Below, piece after piece: positions 18,375-28,234 of a stretch of 64,000 nucleotides of DNA. Numbering within the stretch: the first letter of the stretch is position 1; each line of letters begins with the position of its first letter. Below the pieces are notes generated by a model, which had not been told where the DNA came from, did not search any database, and was given only the letters and a program-made list of their open reading frames with translations. The DNA comes from Candidatus Micrarchaeota archaeon (GTDB lineage: Archaea; Micrarchaeota; Micrarchaeia; Anstonellales; Bilamarchaeaceae), in the NCBI GenBank assembly GCA_016212525.1, contig JACRGD010000005.1, forward strand, positions 90,304 through 154,303, given 5' to 3'. Position numbers and translations under genes: made by a program.

Positions 18375-21300
18375 ATGAAAAACCGAAATCTGATCCTGAT
18401 TTTATTCCTTTTACTCGTATTCTCCGGTTGTACTCTTAGAAAGCCTGTTAGCTATGGCTGCTGTGTTGTTGATGAATCAGCAGCTACTCCTTCGTGCACT
18501 AGACTTCGTGATTCTTCACCTAGTTTGGTTTCTTTAGTTTCGACAAATCTTTGTCAAATGGACAATGGCCTATGCAACGTTACTCTTAGGCTTACCTTCT
18601 CAGACGATCCCTCTGCTGCAAGAACCGAAACTGCGATCATTCCAATCTGCACAAATACGACTTCAAAATGCGTTTCTGGCGACTGTACTGCGATGGTCTG
18701 CGGTCCATTTAAGTATGATCCAAGTCCGACTCCAAGTTTTTCAGATACTTCCCGTGCTACTTCCTCCAGTGCCTCTTTAGCTTCAGATTCCTCTTATTCG
18801 CTTGGTCTTTACAACAAAACCTGCAGATTAGTTGATGCCGGATCAACATTGGACAACTTCTTTACTAATACAAAAGGCAGTTTTGTCAATACGTTTAGAT
18901 TCGGTTTTGGATCTTCCTTTTCCGAGTTCGACGCTTATCGATATCTGTTTCCAACAAGCGACTTTTTCTGCAGTGTAAATCCCGATGATAATGCAAAAGA
19001 TCGATATATGAACTATATGATGTCTCCTCTGGATTTCCAGGATTATATGCGAAGCGCTCTTGCGATCAAGCCACAGGACCGTGCATCAGCTGGAAACTTC
19101 TGTCCAGTAAACAGCGTCTCGCCTTTCTTCTCGACGACCTATTTCAATTCCCCATTTCCAAACTATATGCGAAATTTTGTAAGTCGCCAGAGGTATATTT
19201 ACAATACTACGATTACTACGCTTCCGCCTTCTGGAGGTTCAGGGTCTTCTAGCTTTGAACAAAACTATTCCTTTACCAAAATCGAGTCGTATAACTTTAC
19301 ACAGCTCGATAAAAAATTCTATGGAGGAACATTGCCGCTTATCTATTCTACTGCTTTAGAGGGCTTTGATTCTATCAATCGCGCGGCTCCATTTGAGTGC
19401 GAATCTCCAACCCAGTGTATGTCTGGTTTATGCAACTATGAGGACTATCGAAGATCGATCTGTAAAATTGGCTCTACCTGGGTCGAGTGCGGTTGCGATA
19501 AAAATGCCCGAAAATGCGTTTCCCAAACTTCTATTTATAATCGAACTATTGCAGGAGCAATTCCAAACACTGCCGCTGCTCTCCAAACCTATGTCGATGC
19601 ATATCAGGATCGTGGCGCTCTTTACAAAACTCAGGTGATTTACAACGCAACTGTTCATTACGCACGAATTGATCCTGATTGTAGCAGTGGTGTCGTAAGA
19701 AAAATCGATCCTCAGAATTGTGGGGATCGTGGTGAGACCTGTTTTGATATGGGTTCTTCACAAGTGCCCGATTCGCCAATTTTTCCCTCAAGTGTCCAAT
19801 TCTTTGGTGAGGTCCGGGAGGGTTATATTGGATATAGCTTTTTGAGCAGGGATGACTTTGAAAAGACTGATCTTGTACGTAATTGTCATCTGGAACCGGG
19901 TAGAGATTATATTGTATCTGGTTCGAGTGGCCCTCCGGCTGTTGATCCCACTGAACTGACTTCAGAAGAAGTCACTGCTGTTACTGCTACTGGTGCGATT
20001 TTTAGACCGCCTTCTCCAATTCCAGAGCGAATTGGTTATCAACTCGGGCGTAGGCCTCATTGCGCTACTCTCGATGAGGGTCCAGATGATCTTGGTCTTT
20101 ATACTTACGTAAGTGAAGCGATTTTAGTTCGATCTGCTGGTGATTGTGAATTGGATGGCAATACGCACATGCCAATAACAAAGACGTTTGGCTGGTGTGA
20201 AGGTTGTACTTTCTCCAATATTGCAAAACAGGTTCTCCTTAGCAACGATACCAAGCCCTATGTCCCGCTTGTCGATATTAAGTCTCCTCGGGAAGGTGCG
20301 GCATTGAATTTAACTGCGCCTGTTTGTAATTTCGCTAAAAATCCAGTTGCAATTTCAGATCTTCTTAGTTATCCCTATAATACTACGATAACCGGTGGTG
20401 GCAGTTCGCCATTTGATCCATATCTAAGTCCGGTTATTCCCTCTGATATTACCTGTCCTGGCTATGAAACTACAATCAACACACGTCAAAGTAACTTCAC
20501 TTTAACTTCAGTCGATTCTGTTTACTTAGGTCAAAAGGAAGCAGAATTCTTTAGAGAAGGAACTCTCCCTGTTCTTGATTTATCAGATTCTTCCAATTGG
20601 GATTCTCAAAATAATCTTACCATTACTCAGAGTCTGATCGATCGGGGACCGGCAGTCATTATAGTTTCCAAGATCGCTACCTATCCCTCTTCCGGATACT
20701 TAGATACCTTGGGAGATCGGCTTTCGAATATTCGCGCAGTCTGTAAGAACTGTCTTACTTCAGTTGAACTTTCCTTGCCATTTACTTCTGAGAGCACTGC
20801 AAGTGGCAGATATTTTGGTGATTTCTTTATTCTCGATGCTCTTAACCGCTCTGCAGTTTTCGATAATATTGATGTAATTTCCTATGATTACTATCCAACT
20901 GAACTGATTAGAGATCATACTACTTTCTGCACTGGTTCTTCATTGATTCGAAACCAGTTATTAGTCGATTCAATTGCCAACTTTTCCAGTACAATGCTTC
21001 GAAGATATGCTCCTAAGTATAAGCTGAGTTTAATTCCTACGTTTTACTTTAGTTCCAGCTGTCTTAATGATGGGAATGTTTCTCTGGTCTTTAACTATCT
21101 TTTGAAGAATCAGAAGACTCTAAGTCGCAGTGGCTTAATTGGAATAATCTATACTGGTGATGCATCTACTTATTATGATTCTGGAGGGCATTCCACCGAT
21201 GCATTCTGTTCTATCGATAAAGGTGCAAAGAATATGCTTTCTTCCGAACCGCTTACTGTGTATTCCAAGCTACAGACTACTCCTGCCGGAAATCTAACCT

Positions 21301-21827
21301 GCCAGGTTTGTAGTGATGCAGATCTGGCTCTGGGACGTTGTAATCCGATTTGTGATAATGGGGTTAGATGTACTAATCCTGATAGTGGTTTTCTTACGGA
21401 TGAAGCATTTCGCCTCCATCTATCTAGGGGTTCGGATGTCCCTCTTAAATGCCCCTCCAATTCCATCCCAGAACCCTGCACGCCCTGCTCAGCCAGGACT
21501 GAAAGAATGTCCTGTGATTTCTTTTTGGCCGATGGTAGTTCCTATTCTCAGACCTACAACCTTAGAGATCTTTCAGCAGCTACACCTGATATTATTTCCA
21601 GTATTCCATCTCCCTACAAATGTTGTGTTAGTGATCCAGGACGCCCAACAAACTATACTTTCAACAAGCAGACTACTGTAGATCACACTGTTGCTCCTAT
21701 TATTTTCTCAAGAGCAGGTGATCCAAGGCAGGACTGCGGAGTTTCTGATCTTTCTCTCTTAACTCCTCAGATGTGCGGTGCTGATGCTCCATTTAAGAAT
21801 TATCGATTGAGATGCAGGATCATTTAA
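18375..21827 (+). CDS. giant secreted cysteine-rich lipoprotein, probably N-glycosylated (unknown function)
   Basis: About 1150 aa. The ATG at 18375 is preceded by GGTG. Signal peptide ends in the lipobox-like VFSGC. I count roughly four dozen Cys by hand and many N-x-S/T sequons. No C-terminal TM segment and no recognised domain. Confidence 0.8.
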   Translation: MKNRNLILILFLLLVFSGCTLRKPVSYGCCVVDESAATPSCTRLRDSSPSLVSLVSTNLCQMDNGLCNVTLRLTFSDDPSAARTETAIIPICTNTTSKCVSGDCTAMVCGPFKYDPSPTPSFSDTSRATSSSASLASDSSYSLGLYNKTCRLVDAGSTLDNFFTNTKGSFVNTFRFGFGSSFSEFDAYRYLFPTSDFFCSVNPDDNAKDRYMNYMMSPLDFQDYMRSALAIKPQDRASAGNFCPVNSVSPFFSTTYFNSPFPNYMRNFVSRQRYIYNTTITTLPPSGGSGSSSFEQNYSFTKIESYNFTQLDKKFYGGTLPLIYSTALEGFDSINRAAPFECESPTQCMSGLCNYEDYRRSICKIGSTWVECGCDKNARKCVSQTSIYNRTIAGAIPNTAAALQTYVDAYQDRGALYKTQVIYNATVHYARIDPDCSSGVVRKIDPQNCGDRGETCFDMGSSQVPDSPIFPSSVQFFGEVREGYIGYSFLSRDDFEKTDLVRNCHLEPGRDYIVSGSSGPPAVDPTELTSEEVTAVTATGAIFRPPSPIPERIGYQLGRRPHCATLDEGPDDLGLYTYVSEAILVRSAGDCELDGNTHMPITKTFGWCEGCTFSNIAKQVLLSNDTKPYVPLVDIKSPREGAALNLTAPVCNFAKNPVAISDLLSYPYNTTITGGGSSPFDPYLSPVIPSDITCPGYETTINTRQSNFTLTSVDSVYLGQKEAEFFREGTLPVLDLSDSSNWDSQNNLTITQSLIDRGPAVIIVSKIATYPSSGYLDTLGDRLSNIRAVCKNCLTSVELSLPFTSESTASGRYFGDFFILDALNRSAVFDNIDVISYDYYPTELIRDHTTFCTGSSLIRNQLLVDSIANFSSTMLRRYAPKYKLSLIPTFYFSSSCLNDGNVSLVFNYLLKNQKTLSRSGLIGIIYTGDASTYYDSGGHSTDAFCSIDKGAKNMLSSEPLTVYSKLQTTPAGNLTCQVCSDADLALGRCNPICDNGVRCTNPDSGFLTDEAFRLHLSRGSDVPLKCPSNSIPEPCTPCSARTERMSCDFFLADGSSYSQTYNLRDLSAATPDIISSIPSPYKCCVSDPGRPTNYTFNKQTTVDHTVAPIIFSRAGDPRQDCGVSDLSLLTPQMCGADAPFKNYRLRCRII

Positions 21828-21833
21828 TCTTGC

Positions 21834-21866
21834 TGTTTTTTCCTTATTTTTCTATTATTTTATGAT
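21834..21866 (+). terminator. possible oligo-T archaeal termination region
   Basis: T-runs (TGTTTTTTCCTTATTTTTCTATTATTTT) directly after the 21827 stop. A TTTATAAAA box follows at about 21887, before the next gene. Confidence 0.3.
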
Positions 21867-21932
21867 ATTTTCCTCAAAAACCAGTGTTTATAAAACCTAT
21901 TAAATCCTATTTATCTTGTTGGATGGGTTGCT

Positions 21933-22322
21933 ATGCAATTTTTGAAAGATGTGAATTTGAAGGAAGTTTGTATATCTATTCTTATCTCAATAGTTTTATT
22001 CCTACTTCTTAAACCATTTTACGTATACAATGTATCTCTTGTTTGTGGAGGTTCAAAAGAAGTATTTCTATACTCTACCGGTTCAGATCTTTTTAGGATT
22101 CGAGGTTGTCTTTATACTTCCATCAATCAGCCATTTCAAAACTTAGTCTGGGATCTTCTAATTTATACTTTGCCTTGGATTCTGGCTTTCTGCTACTATT
22201 ACTACAAAACACCAAATGTTAAATTTGATTTCAAAATTTTGCCTTTTGGTTTAATCCTGTGTGGTTATCTGCTTTTTCAAGTGCTCTATATATTATATAT
22301 TTATCCAGGTAATCTCCTATGA
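21933..22322 (+). CDS. small integral membrane protein (hypothetical)
   Basis: 129 aa with three or four hydrophobic helices. Its stop overlaps the subtilase start (ATGA). Confidence 0.5.
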   Translation: MQFLKDVNLKEVCISILISIVLFLLLKPFYVYNVSLVCGGSKEVFLYSTGSDLFRIRGCLYTSINQPFQNLVWDLLIYTLPWILAFCYYYYKTPNVKFDFKILPFGLILCGYLLFQVLYILYIYPGNLL

Positions 22323-24925
22323 GACTTGCAACTGGGGCTATCTCTAACCATCATCGATCTATTGAATTGAAAAAAGAAAAAAGACTAGCTCTTTTTTCTA
22401 CAATTGCGCTTGCAGGTTTAGCCTCCTGTGTTGTTGATTCTCCACCTGACCAAAATCGATTTGGATTCTTAAATGAAATTCATTTAACAAGTCCGACTAG
22501 ATTTGTTCCATTTAGGAGGTCTGGTTTTAGTTCCGATCTTTTAGTTGGAGAGAATCAATTTTTGCTCTATTATGAGCCAGACATAAGTCCAGATCAAAAA
22601 AACAGAATTGAAGATTGGCTTTTAGGACAAAATGCACGCAAGGTTGGTCAGAACCCCTTTTCATCAATGACTCAATATGAAGTTTTTTCTTCAGTTCAGC
22701 TAAATTCGATCTTAGATTACCTTAATGCGCAGCCCGGAGTCGTTACTGCTATCCCTAATCTGGTCCTTAGACCAACTCTAAATCCCGATCCTGATTTGTC
22801 AACCTCTTTCGATTCGGGTAACTGGTGGTTAACTTCCCTTAATCTTAGAGATGCCTGGTCTATAACTACTGGCTCTAGAGCGATTCCAATTGCAATAGTT
22901 GATTCAGGAATAGATTCTGGAGTTGGTGGTTTTGGAAGTAAGCCTATCACTCATTTTGTAAGATGTACTAGACCTATAGGTGGTAGAACAGAGGTTTATT
23001 TTTCTCTTTTGGCAGGTTCTAATCCGTACCATTGTTCTCAATATATTTCTGGTGTTCATGGAACGCAAGTTGCATCGATTGCAGCGGCACCTGGAGATGA
23101 CCATTTGGGCGGTGCTGGTGTTGCGTGGCAAAATCCATTGATCTCAATTGATGCTTATGGTTACTCTGGCGTCGGATCAGTAACTCTTGCTGAGACTGAT
23201 GCTGCAATCCAAACTGCAATTAGGGCAGGAGCACGTGTGATAAATGTCTCACTTGGATATGGGGGTTGTATTGCTCCTCTTTTTTGTATTTCTAACAATC
23301 AAGAGGCTCGTCATATTTTCCGGTCTGGTTTTATCAATTCCGCTCGTGTCGCTAATCGAAACAATGCCTTAGTTGTCTTTGCCGCAGGCAATGACGGTTT
23401 TTCAGGTGATGATAGTTGGCTATCGCCAGCTGATAGACAATACGAAAGATATTTCATAACTAATGTTCTTTTTGTGGGGTCGGTTGACTATCTCAATGAT
23501 CCGACCTGTAATGCTTGTAATTTTTCATCTGCTCTCCAAACTATTTGCAGGGATAATGGAACTTCTGACTTAAGCAGGTTGAATCGATGCAATTGCTTTT
23601 GGTGTAGTAGTTCAACTTTAAGTGGTCGATTAACTGCCAGCGGCAGAGTAGTAGAATTGTATACTCCTGGCTGTCACATTGCGGTTCCTATGAGTAGCAC
23701 CTTGGTCCAAGGTAGTTCGATATCTTCCCCAATGGTCTCCGGAGCAGCCGCTCTAGTCTGGTCAGTAAATCCAAACCTTACAGCCCCGCAAGTAAAACAG
23801 ATTTTGTTGGATACGGCTCGTTCTGCATCTAGTCTAGGTGGTTGTATGGACGTAGGTAGAGGTATCCCCGATGTTGCAGCCGCAGTCCGGGCAGCAAGAG
23901 CAACTTTGCAGGATGCTTCTGTTCCGACTGATGCTTCAGTTGATGCAACTTCCGATGTATCAAGAACAACGACATTCTATTCTCAAGCACGTTTACTCAG
24001 AAACAATGATGTCCTTCTTCGTGGAAATGAGGTTTTACCTGGTACTCATTATTCTGCCCTTCTAACGAGACTTAGTTCAAGTGGTCGACCTCTTTGGACA
24101 TTTCAACCCTCTAGATCTGAATCGCAAATTGGTGCTTTATATGAAGATGAGCGGGGTCTTTGGATCTCTGGGAGATGGCAATCTGGTGGATCAACTTCTA
24201 GAGCTGCACTTGCCCAACTAGATAGTTCAGGAGCTCTAGTTTCAGAGCGTTTACTTCCAGACTCAGATCTAATAAGAAGTCTTTTTGTAAACCCAGACGG
24301 CTCTCTGGTTGGTGATACTGGTTATCAATTATTTGAATATGATAGTTCTGGTCGCCCAGTCTGGGTAACTCGTGCCCGTCCTGCTACTCCTTTTGATGTT
24401 GTAAGAACTTCTGCTGGTTATGCCTTTTTCCGTTATAATGGATTATATGGTGTAAACCGTACTGGTAATATTGTTCTGGATTCTGGGTATGTTATAGGTC
24501 ACGATAATTCCTTTGCATATTCTCCAAATGCTGGTTCTGGTTGGTATATTCTAAGTGATTCTCCGTTCTCTGATCAATCCTTATCTCATCTAGATTACGA
24601 AGGACACTCAAGATTCTTAGGCCAATTATCCATTCCCAATTTACGTGCTTTTGATTCTCCAAATTCCTTGGCAATGACTAGGGCAAGTCGGTCCTTTGTT
24701 CTTTTTGCCCGTTACCATACTACTGATGGTGCCGGTCAAACAAAACTTTTTGGAGTTTCTGATTCTGCCACGATTCTTTGGTCAAGATCTCTTGATTTTA
24801 GGGCTCGAAATGTTGATGGTTTAATGACTACTTCTGACGGTCGCATCCTTCTTGTCTCAACTGACAATACAAATCCCTCGCAAGTTAGGCTTGATTATTT
24901 TGATGAATCTGGCAACCCTCTCTAG
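22319..24925 (+). CDS. S8 subtilisin-like serine protease with a C-terminal repeat (beta-propeller-like) region
   Basis: Catalytic contexts AIVDSGID (Asp), HGTQVASIAAA (His) and GSSISSPMVSGAAALV (Ser). Lipobox-like LASC near the N-terminus. The C-terminal ~330 aa carry repeated SGRP(L/V)W-type strands. Confidence 0.85.
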   Translation: MRLATGAISNHHRSIELKKEKRLALFSTIALAGLASCVVDSPPDQNRFGFLNEIHLTSPTRFVPFRRSGFSSDLLVGENQFLLYYEPDISPDQKNRIEDWLLGQNARKVGQNPFSSMTQYEVFSSVQLNSILDYLNAQPGVVTAIPNLVLRPTLNPDPDLSTSFDSGNWWLTSLNLRDAWSITTGSRAIPIAIVDSGIDSGVGGFGSKPITHFVRCTRPIGGRTEVYFSLLAGSNPYHCSQYISGVHGTQVASIAAAPGDDHLGGAGVAWQNPLISIDAYGYSGVGSVTLAETDAAIQTAIRAGARVINVSLGYGGCIAPLFCISNNQEARHIFRSGFINSARVANRNNALVVFAAGNDGFSGDDSWLSPADRQYERYFITNVLFVGSVDYLNDPTCNACNFSSALQTICRDNGTSDLSRLNRCNCFWCSSSTLSGRLTASGRVVELYTPGCHIAVPMSSTLVQGSSISSPMVSGAAALVWSVNPNLTAPQVKQILLDTARSASSLGGCMDVGRGIPDVAAAVRAARATLQDASVPTDASVDATSDVSRTTTFYSQARLLRNNDVLLRGNEVLPGTHYSALLTRLSSSGRPLWTFQPSRSESQIGALYEDERGLWISGRWQSGGSTSRAALAQLDSSGALVSERLLPDSDLIRSLFVNPDGSLVGDTGYQLFEYDSSGRPVWVTRARPATPFDVVRTSAGYAFFRYNGLYGVNRTGNIVLDSGYVIGHDNSFAYSPNAGSGWYILSDSPFSDQSLSHLDYEGHSRFLGQLSIPNLRAFDSPNSLAMTRASRSFVLFARYHTTDGAGQTKLFGVSDSATILWSRSLDFRARNVDGLMTTSDGRILLVSTDNTNPSQVRLDYFDESGNPL

Positions 24926-25160
24926 CTCCAATTTCCATTTAGTTGTTATTTTTTAATACTCAAATTCTATGACGTTATTTTTTCTATTTCTCTTAGTTCT
25001 AAAGATTCTCTCCCGTTATATTTTTCTATTCATATTTTATCTATTTACCACTCTTGGTGTGTTATTTTACACCAAAATCTCAAAACAGTGTGCCTTCCTA
25101 GGTCCTTTTATACCTTTTGATGTACTGGTATTATGTGATTATGTTAAAAAGGTGAAATAC

Positions 25161-26102
25161 ATGAGCGTTCCAAGGATGAAAACAATCGGGAGTAGAGTTG
25201 GATCGTTGGTAGTAGTAGCCGCTTTGACTGCGCGTTGCGGTACGGCTGCACCTCCGAATATGGGAGAACCCATGACAGATGTTCCTACTATTAAGAATGA
25301 TGCTGGCGTTGTAAATCCTCGGGATGGGCCCGTTGTCCCTCCACGTGATGTTGTAATTCCTAGTGATTCTGGTAGTTCAAGATGTACTGTTGCTCCGAAC
25401 TCCGTTCCAGCAGCTAATCAAAGACCAAGGGTAGATCATGTTCGTAATGGTGAAATAATCTCTATTGCAACTGCTTCTGGAAACAATCTGGTTAAGGTTG
25501 GAGTATATGACTATAATGATACTTTGGCACCTACCGGACAGGCAAGTGCACCTCGTTTACCTCCAAATCTAAGACATGTAGTAACTCTTAGTCCAGTTCG
25601 TGATCCTTCATCCTGCGCTCGTGGAACTCCCCCTTGCGAATGTACTGAGGAGCCCTTTAGTGGAAGATCTATGCGATTTTATGAGGGTAATTTTCCTTCC
25701 ATTCTTTTCCCTGAATTTCGAGCTGATGATGTCAAGGTTCAACTAGCTTTCGTTTCTTCAACCGGGGTTGCTGACTTGTTATTATTTCGACCTCCTTCTA
25801 TAGATCGATATACTCAAGTCGGTGCTGTTCATATTCCTACAACTGAAGGCACCACTGTCTCCATGGCAACCATAACCTTCACTTCACAAGGCACTCCTGA
25901 TTTCAGGTTTCTTGGTGATCCAGCACGTGCCTTGCTTGCTGAAGGTTCTATATCAGGAACTGTTGTTCCTATGACTATTTTGGAATCCAGAGATCCCGTT
26001 TCTAGTTACTGTATGCTCGGATCGACTCTCTACCGATTCCAGAGTCGTCTTCCTACTGGTGGCTCTGATGCATCAGTAAATGTGAGTTCAGTAACCTTCT
26101 AA
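25161..26102 (+). CDS. secreted lipoprotein (hypothetical)
   Basis: I prefer the ATG at 25161, which is preceded by GGTGA. Signal MSVPRMKTIGSRVGSLVVVAALTARCG. The upstream part of track ORF 24969-26102 is a low-complexity hydrophobic run and is rejected. Confidence 0.55.
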   Translation: MSVPRMKTIGSRVGSLVVVAALTARCGTAAPPNMGEPMTDVPTIKNDAGVVNPRDGPVVPPRDVVIPSDSGSSRCTVAPNSVPAANQRPRVDHVRNGEIISIATASGNNLVKVGVYDYNDTLAPTGQASAPRLPPNLRHVVTLSPVRDPSSCARGTPPCECTEEPFSGRSMRFYEGNFPSILFPEFRADDVKVQLAFVSSTGVADLLLFRPPSIDRYTQVGAVHIPTTEGTTVSMATITFTSQGTPDFRFLGDPARALLAEGSISGTVVPMTILESRDPVSSYCMLGSTLYRFQSRLPTGGSDASVNVSSVTF

Positions 26103-26131
26103 TCTTTTAATTTTTCTTTCCTTCTTTTCAT

Positions 26132-27103
26132 ATGCTAAAATTTCTTTTTATTGTTGTTTTTTCTATTGGATTAGTTAGTTCTGTTTCTTATATCTCTAAT
26201 TGTACGGTGATAACTAAACCCGGAACTTATCTTCTTGATCGTGACATCCTGGTTTCACCAGCAGAACTTGGTAAATGTATTTTGATTGATTCGGATAATG
26301 TTGTTCTGGATTGCCAGAATCATACTTTGAAAAATGACCCGGCCGCTCCTTTGATGTCTGGTATTCAAGCTTTTTATCAGAACAATCTTACTGTTCAAAA
26401 TTGTATTTTGGATGGTTTTGGATCTGGTATTTCAATCCACAAAATTAATAATTCCATCTTTCATGATAATCTGTTCACTCATAATTCTGATGGTTTTATT
26501 ATGAGTTTTTCTCGAAATGTCATGTTATATTCCAACCAATTCTTTAGAAATGAAAACGGTCTTACTGTCAGTTCTCTCATAAATCTATCTTTTTATGATA
26601 ATGCGGCGATCAACAACTCCCATTATGGTTTTGATATTATTGCCAATTTATCAGATATTAACTCAAACTCTGCTTCTGAAAATCAGGTTGGTTTCAGTGT
26701 TTCCCTTTATGATGGTAATTTTACTAATAATTCAGCAACTCGAAATAAGGATGGTTCTGGTATTTCCGGTTCCAATGTTAATGTGAACAAAAATTTTTTC
26801 TCAAACAATTCTGAAGATGGTCTCTCCCTAAGTTTGGAAAACTCAAATATCTCAGGTAATTTCATTTGCGGCAATGGTTTCTCGGATAGCTATCACTATT
26901 ACGATCTCTATGGAAATTATCCTCAGTACAATAACTCCCTCCAAAACAACACTTGCCAGACTTCAAATCCTCCGGGGAATTGCAATTCCCCGTGTTCTCT
27001 TTCTTCCTCCCTGCAGATTTCATCAAAACCAGGTTCTTGTTTTGGGCTTGCTATTCTCTTTACTGTGATTTCTTTATCTCTACTTTGGAAGGGCTTCCAA
27101 TGA
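26132..27103 (+). CDS. right-handed parallel beta-helix (PbH1/NosD-like) repeat surface protein with a C-terminal TM anchor
   Basis: Signal peptide, then about 9 degenerate ~22-aa repeats rich in N/G/S (NxxxxNxxxGI/F...) that are typical of PbH1 coils. C-terminal hydrophobic anchor CFGLAILFTVISLSLLW. Confidence 0.65.
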   Translation: MLKFLFIVVFSIGLVSSVSYISNCTVITKPGTYLLDRDILVSPAELGKCILIDSDNVVLDCQNHTLKNDPAAPLMSGIQAFYQNNLTVQNCILDGFGSGISIHKINNSIFHDNLFTHNSDGFIMSFSRNVMLYSNQFFRNENGLTVSSLINLSFYDNAAINNSHYGFDIIANLSDINSNSASENQVGFSVSLYDGNFTNNSATRNKDGSGISGSNVNVNKNFFSNNSEDGLSLSLENSNISGNFICGNGFSDSYHYYDLYGNYPQYNNSLQNNTCQTSNPPGNCNSPCSLSSSLQISSKPGSCFGLAILFTVISLSLLWKGFQ

Positions 27104-27729
27104 AGGGCTATTTCACCTGGTTTCTGGTTCTTGTTTGCGTGCTAGTTATCCTTTCTGGTTATGCTCTCTATGCCAAAAGCATGCAAAATGTTCAATCAAA
27201 GCAAATTTTTCTTTTACGTTCCGAGCATTTGGCCCAAAATGTTGTTGAAGCTAGCGGAGAGCTAATGAGACAAGAAATTAAGCGAAATTTTACTGCATAC
27301 GATGAATCTCGGTTTCTTGTAAACTGTCTTGCGTGTCCTAGTCATTATTGTCTTCCCTACGTTCCTGCTTATGCCCCTGACGAATTAAAGGCAAAAAGGT
27401 GTGATGAAAGGAAGTGCGATCTCTGTTTCGAACCTTCCGTCGCCTCCTCCGAAGCAGAAAAAGCAGGAATTCAAAACTTCCACCAGACAGACAATTACGA
27501 CTGGGATTCAGATTACAATATCTCAATAGAAGAACCCAAAATCAAAGTCTTTCTAAAAATAGATCCATTAGCTAAAAACGGGTATTCTCTAGACTATTAT
27601 GAAGTTACACAAGATTCTCTAATTCGCATGAGTTCAGAAAAATTCCATTTTGAAGCAAATTACACTCTTCCAAAAGGTTTCGCATTAACCTACGAGCAAG
27701 ATGCTCCGATTATCTTCAAGATCCGATAG
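27100..27729 (+). CDS. N-terminally anchored Cys-containing protein (hypothetical)
   Basis: ATG at 27100 overlaps the previous stop (ATGA). One TM segment (FTWFLVLVCVLVILSGYALY). Cys cluster CLACPSHYC...CDERKCDLC. Confidence 0.55.
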   Translation: MKGYFTWFLVLVCVLVILSGYALYAKSMQNVQSKQIFLLRSEHLAQNVVEASGELMRQEIKRNFTAYDESRFLVNCLACPSHYCLPYVPAYAPDELKAKRCDERKCDLCFEPSVASSEAEKAGIQNFHQTDNYDWDSDYNISIEEPKIKVFLKIDPLAKNGYSLDYYEVTQDSLIRMSSEKFHFEANYTLPKGFALTYEQDAPIIFKIR

Positions 27730-27758
27730 CTTTAATTCATTCTCCGAGTTGATTCTTT

Positions 27759-28184
27759 ATGGATGGTTTTAGGTTTTCTGTGCTTCTGACAATTTTCTTT
27801 AGTGCGGCTAGCCTCCTTTTCTTGATCGTCTACGTTTTGCTTCCTCCTATTTTCTCTGTTATCATAGGCGAATCTAATGTCCCTTCTTGCGAACCTCTAA
27901 CTCCACCTCCTCCTTGTCGATCGGGTGGAGTTTGCCTTTATGAGCCTCCCCTTCAACCTATCTGTCCCAGTGCCCGAGGTCTTCTGGGAATTGTGGGTTT
28001 GTTTTTTATGGTTCTAGCGTTCCTCTCCAACCTCATCGCCAATATCATCGCAACCAAGAAAATCCTTGCATCCAAATCTTTCGTTCGATTTGATAAGCGA
28101 ATCTGGATCGCTCTAATCTGGCTTATTGGAACAATTGGTGTTTCTCTGTACTACTTTAAGGAATATAAAAATAACAAATCTTAA
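27759..28184 (+). CDS. small membrane protein with a Pro/Cys-rich loop (hypothetical)
   Basis: 141 aa with three TM segments. Loop sequence SCEPLTPPPPCRSGGVCLYEPPLQPICPS. Confidence 0.5.
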   Translation: MDGFRFSVLLTIFFSAASLLFLIVYVLLPPIFSVIIGESNVPSCEPLTPPPPCRSGGVCLYEPPLQPICPSARGLLGIVGLFFMVLAFLSNLIANIIATKKILASKSFVRFDKRIWIALIWLIGTIGVSLYYFKEYKNNKS

Positions 28185-28203
28185 TTCAGCTCTAACGAGC
28201 GTC

Positions 28204-28211
28204 TTTATAAA
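28204..28211 (+). promoter_or_regulatory. putative TATA box (TTTATAAA) for a leaderless transcript of the 1253-aa gene
   Basis: TTTATAAAC ends 24 nt before the ATG at 28235. It is identical to the core at 10935. Confidence 0.4.
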
Positions 28212-28234
28212 CTCCGCGTGCGTAGTTTTTACTG

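Noticed and set aside
24969-25160. Upstream extensions of track ORFs 24969-26102, 26953-27729 and 35449-37413.
   Set aside because: Each extension is hydrophobic low-complexity sequence or overlaps another gene. Internal ATGs (25161, 27100, 35629) give proper signal peptides and, for the first two, sit next to an SD-like motif or an ATGA overlap.
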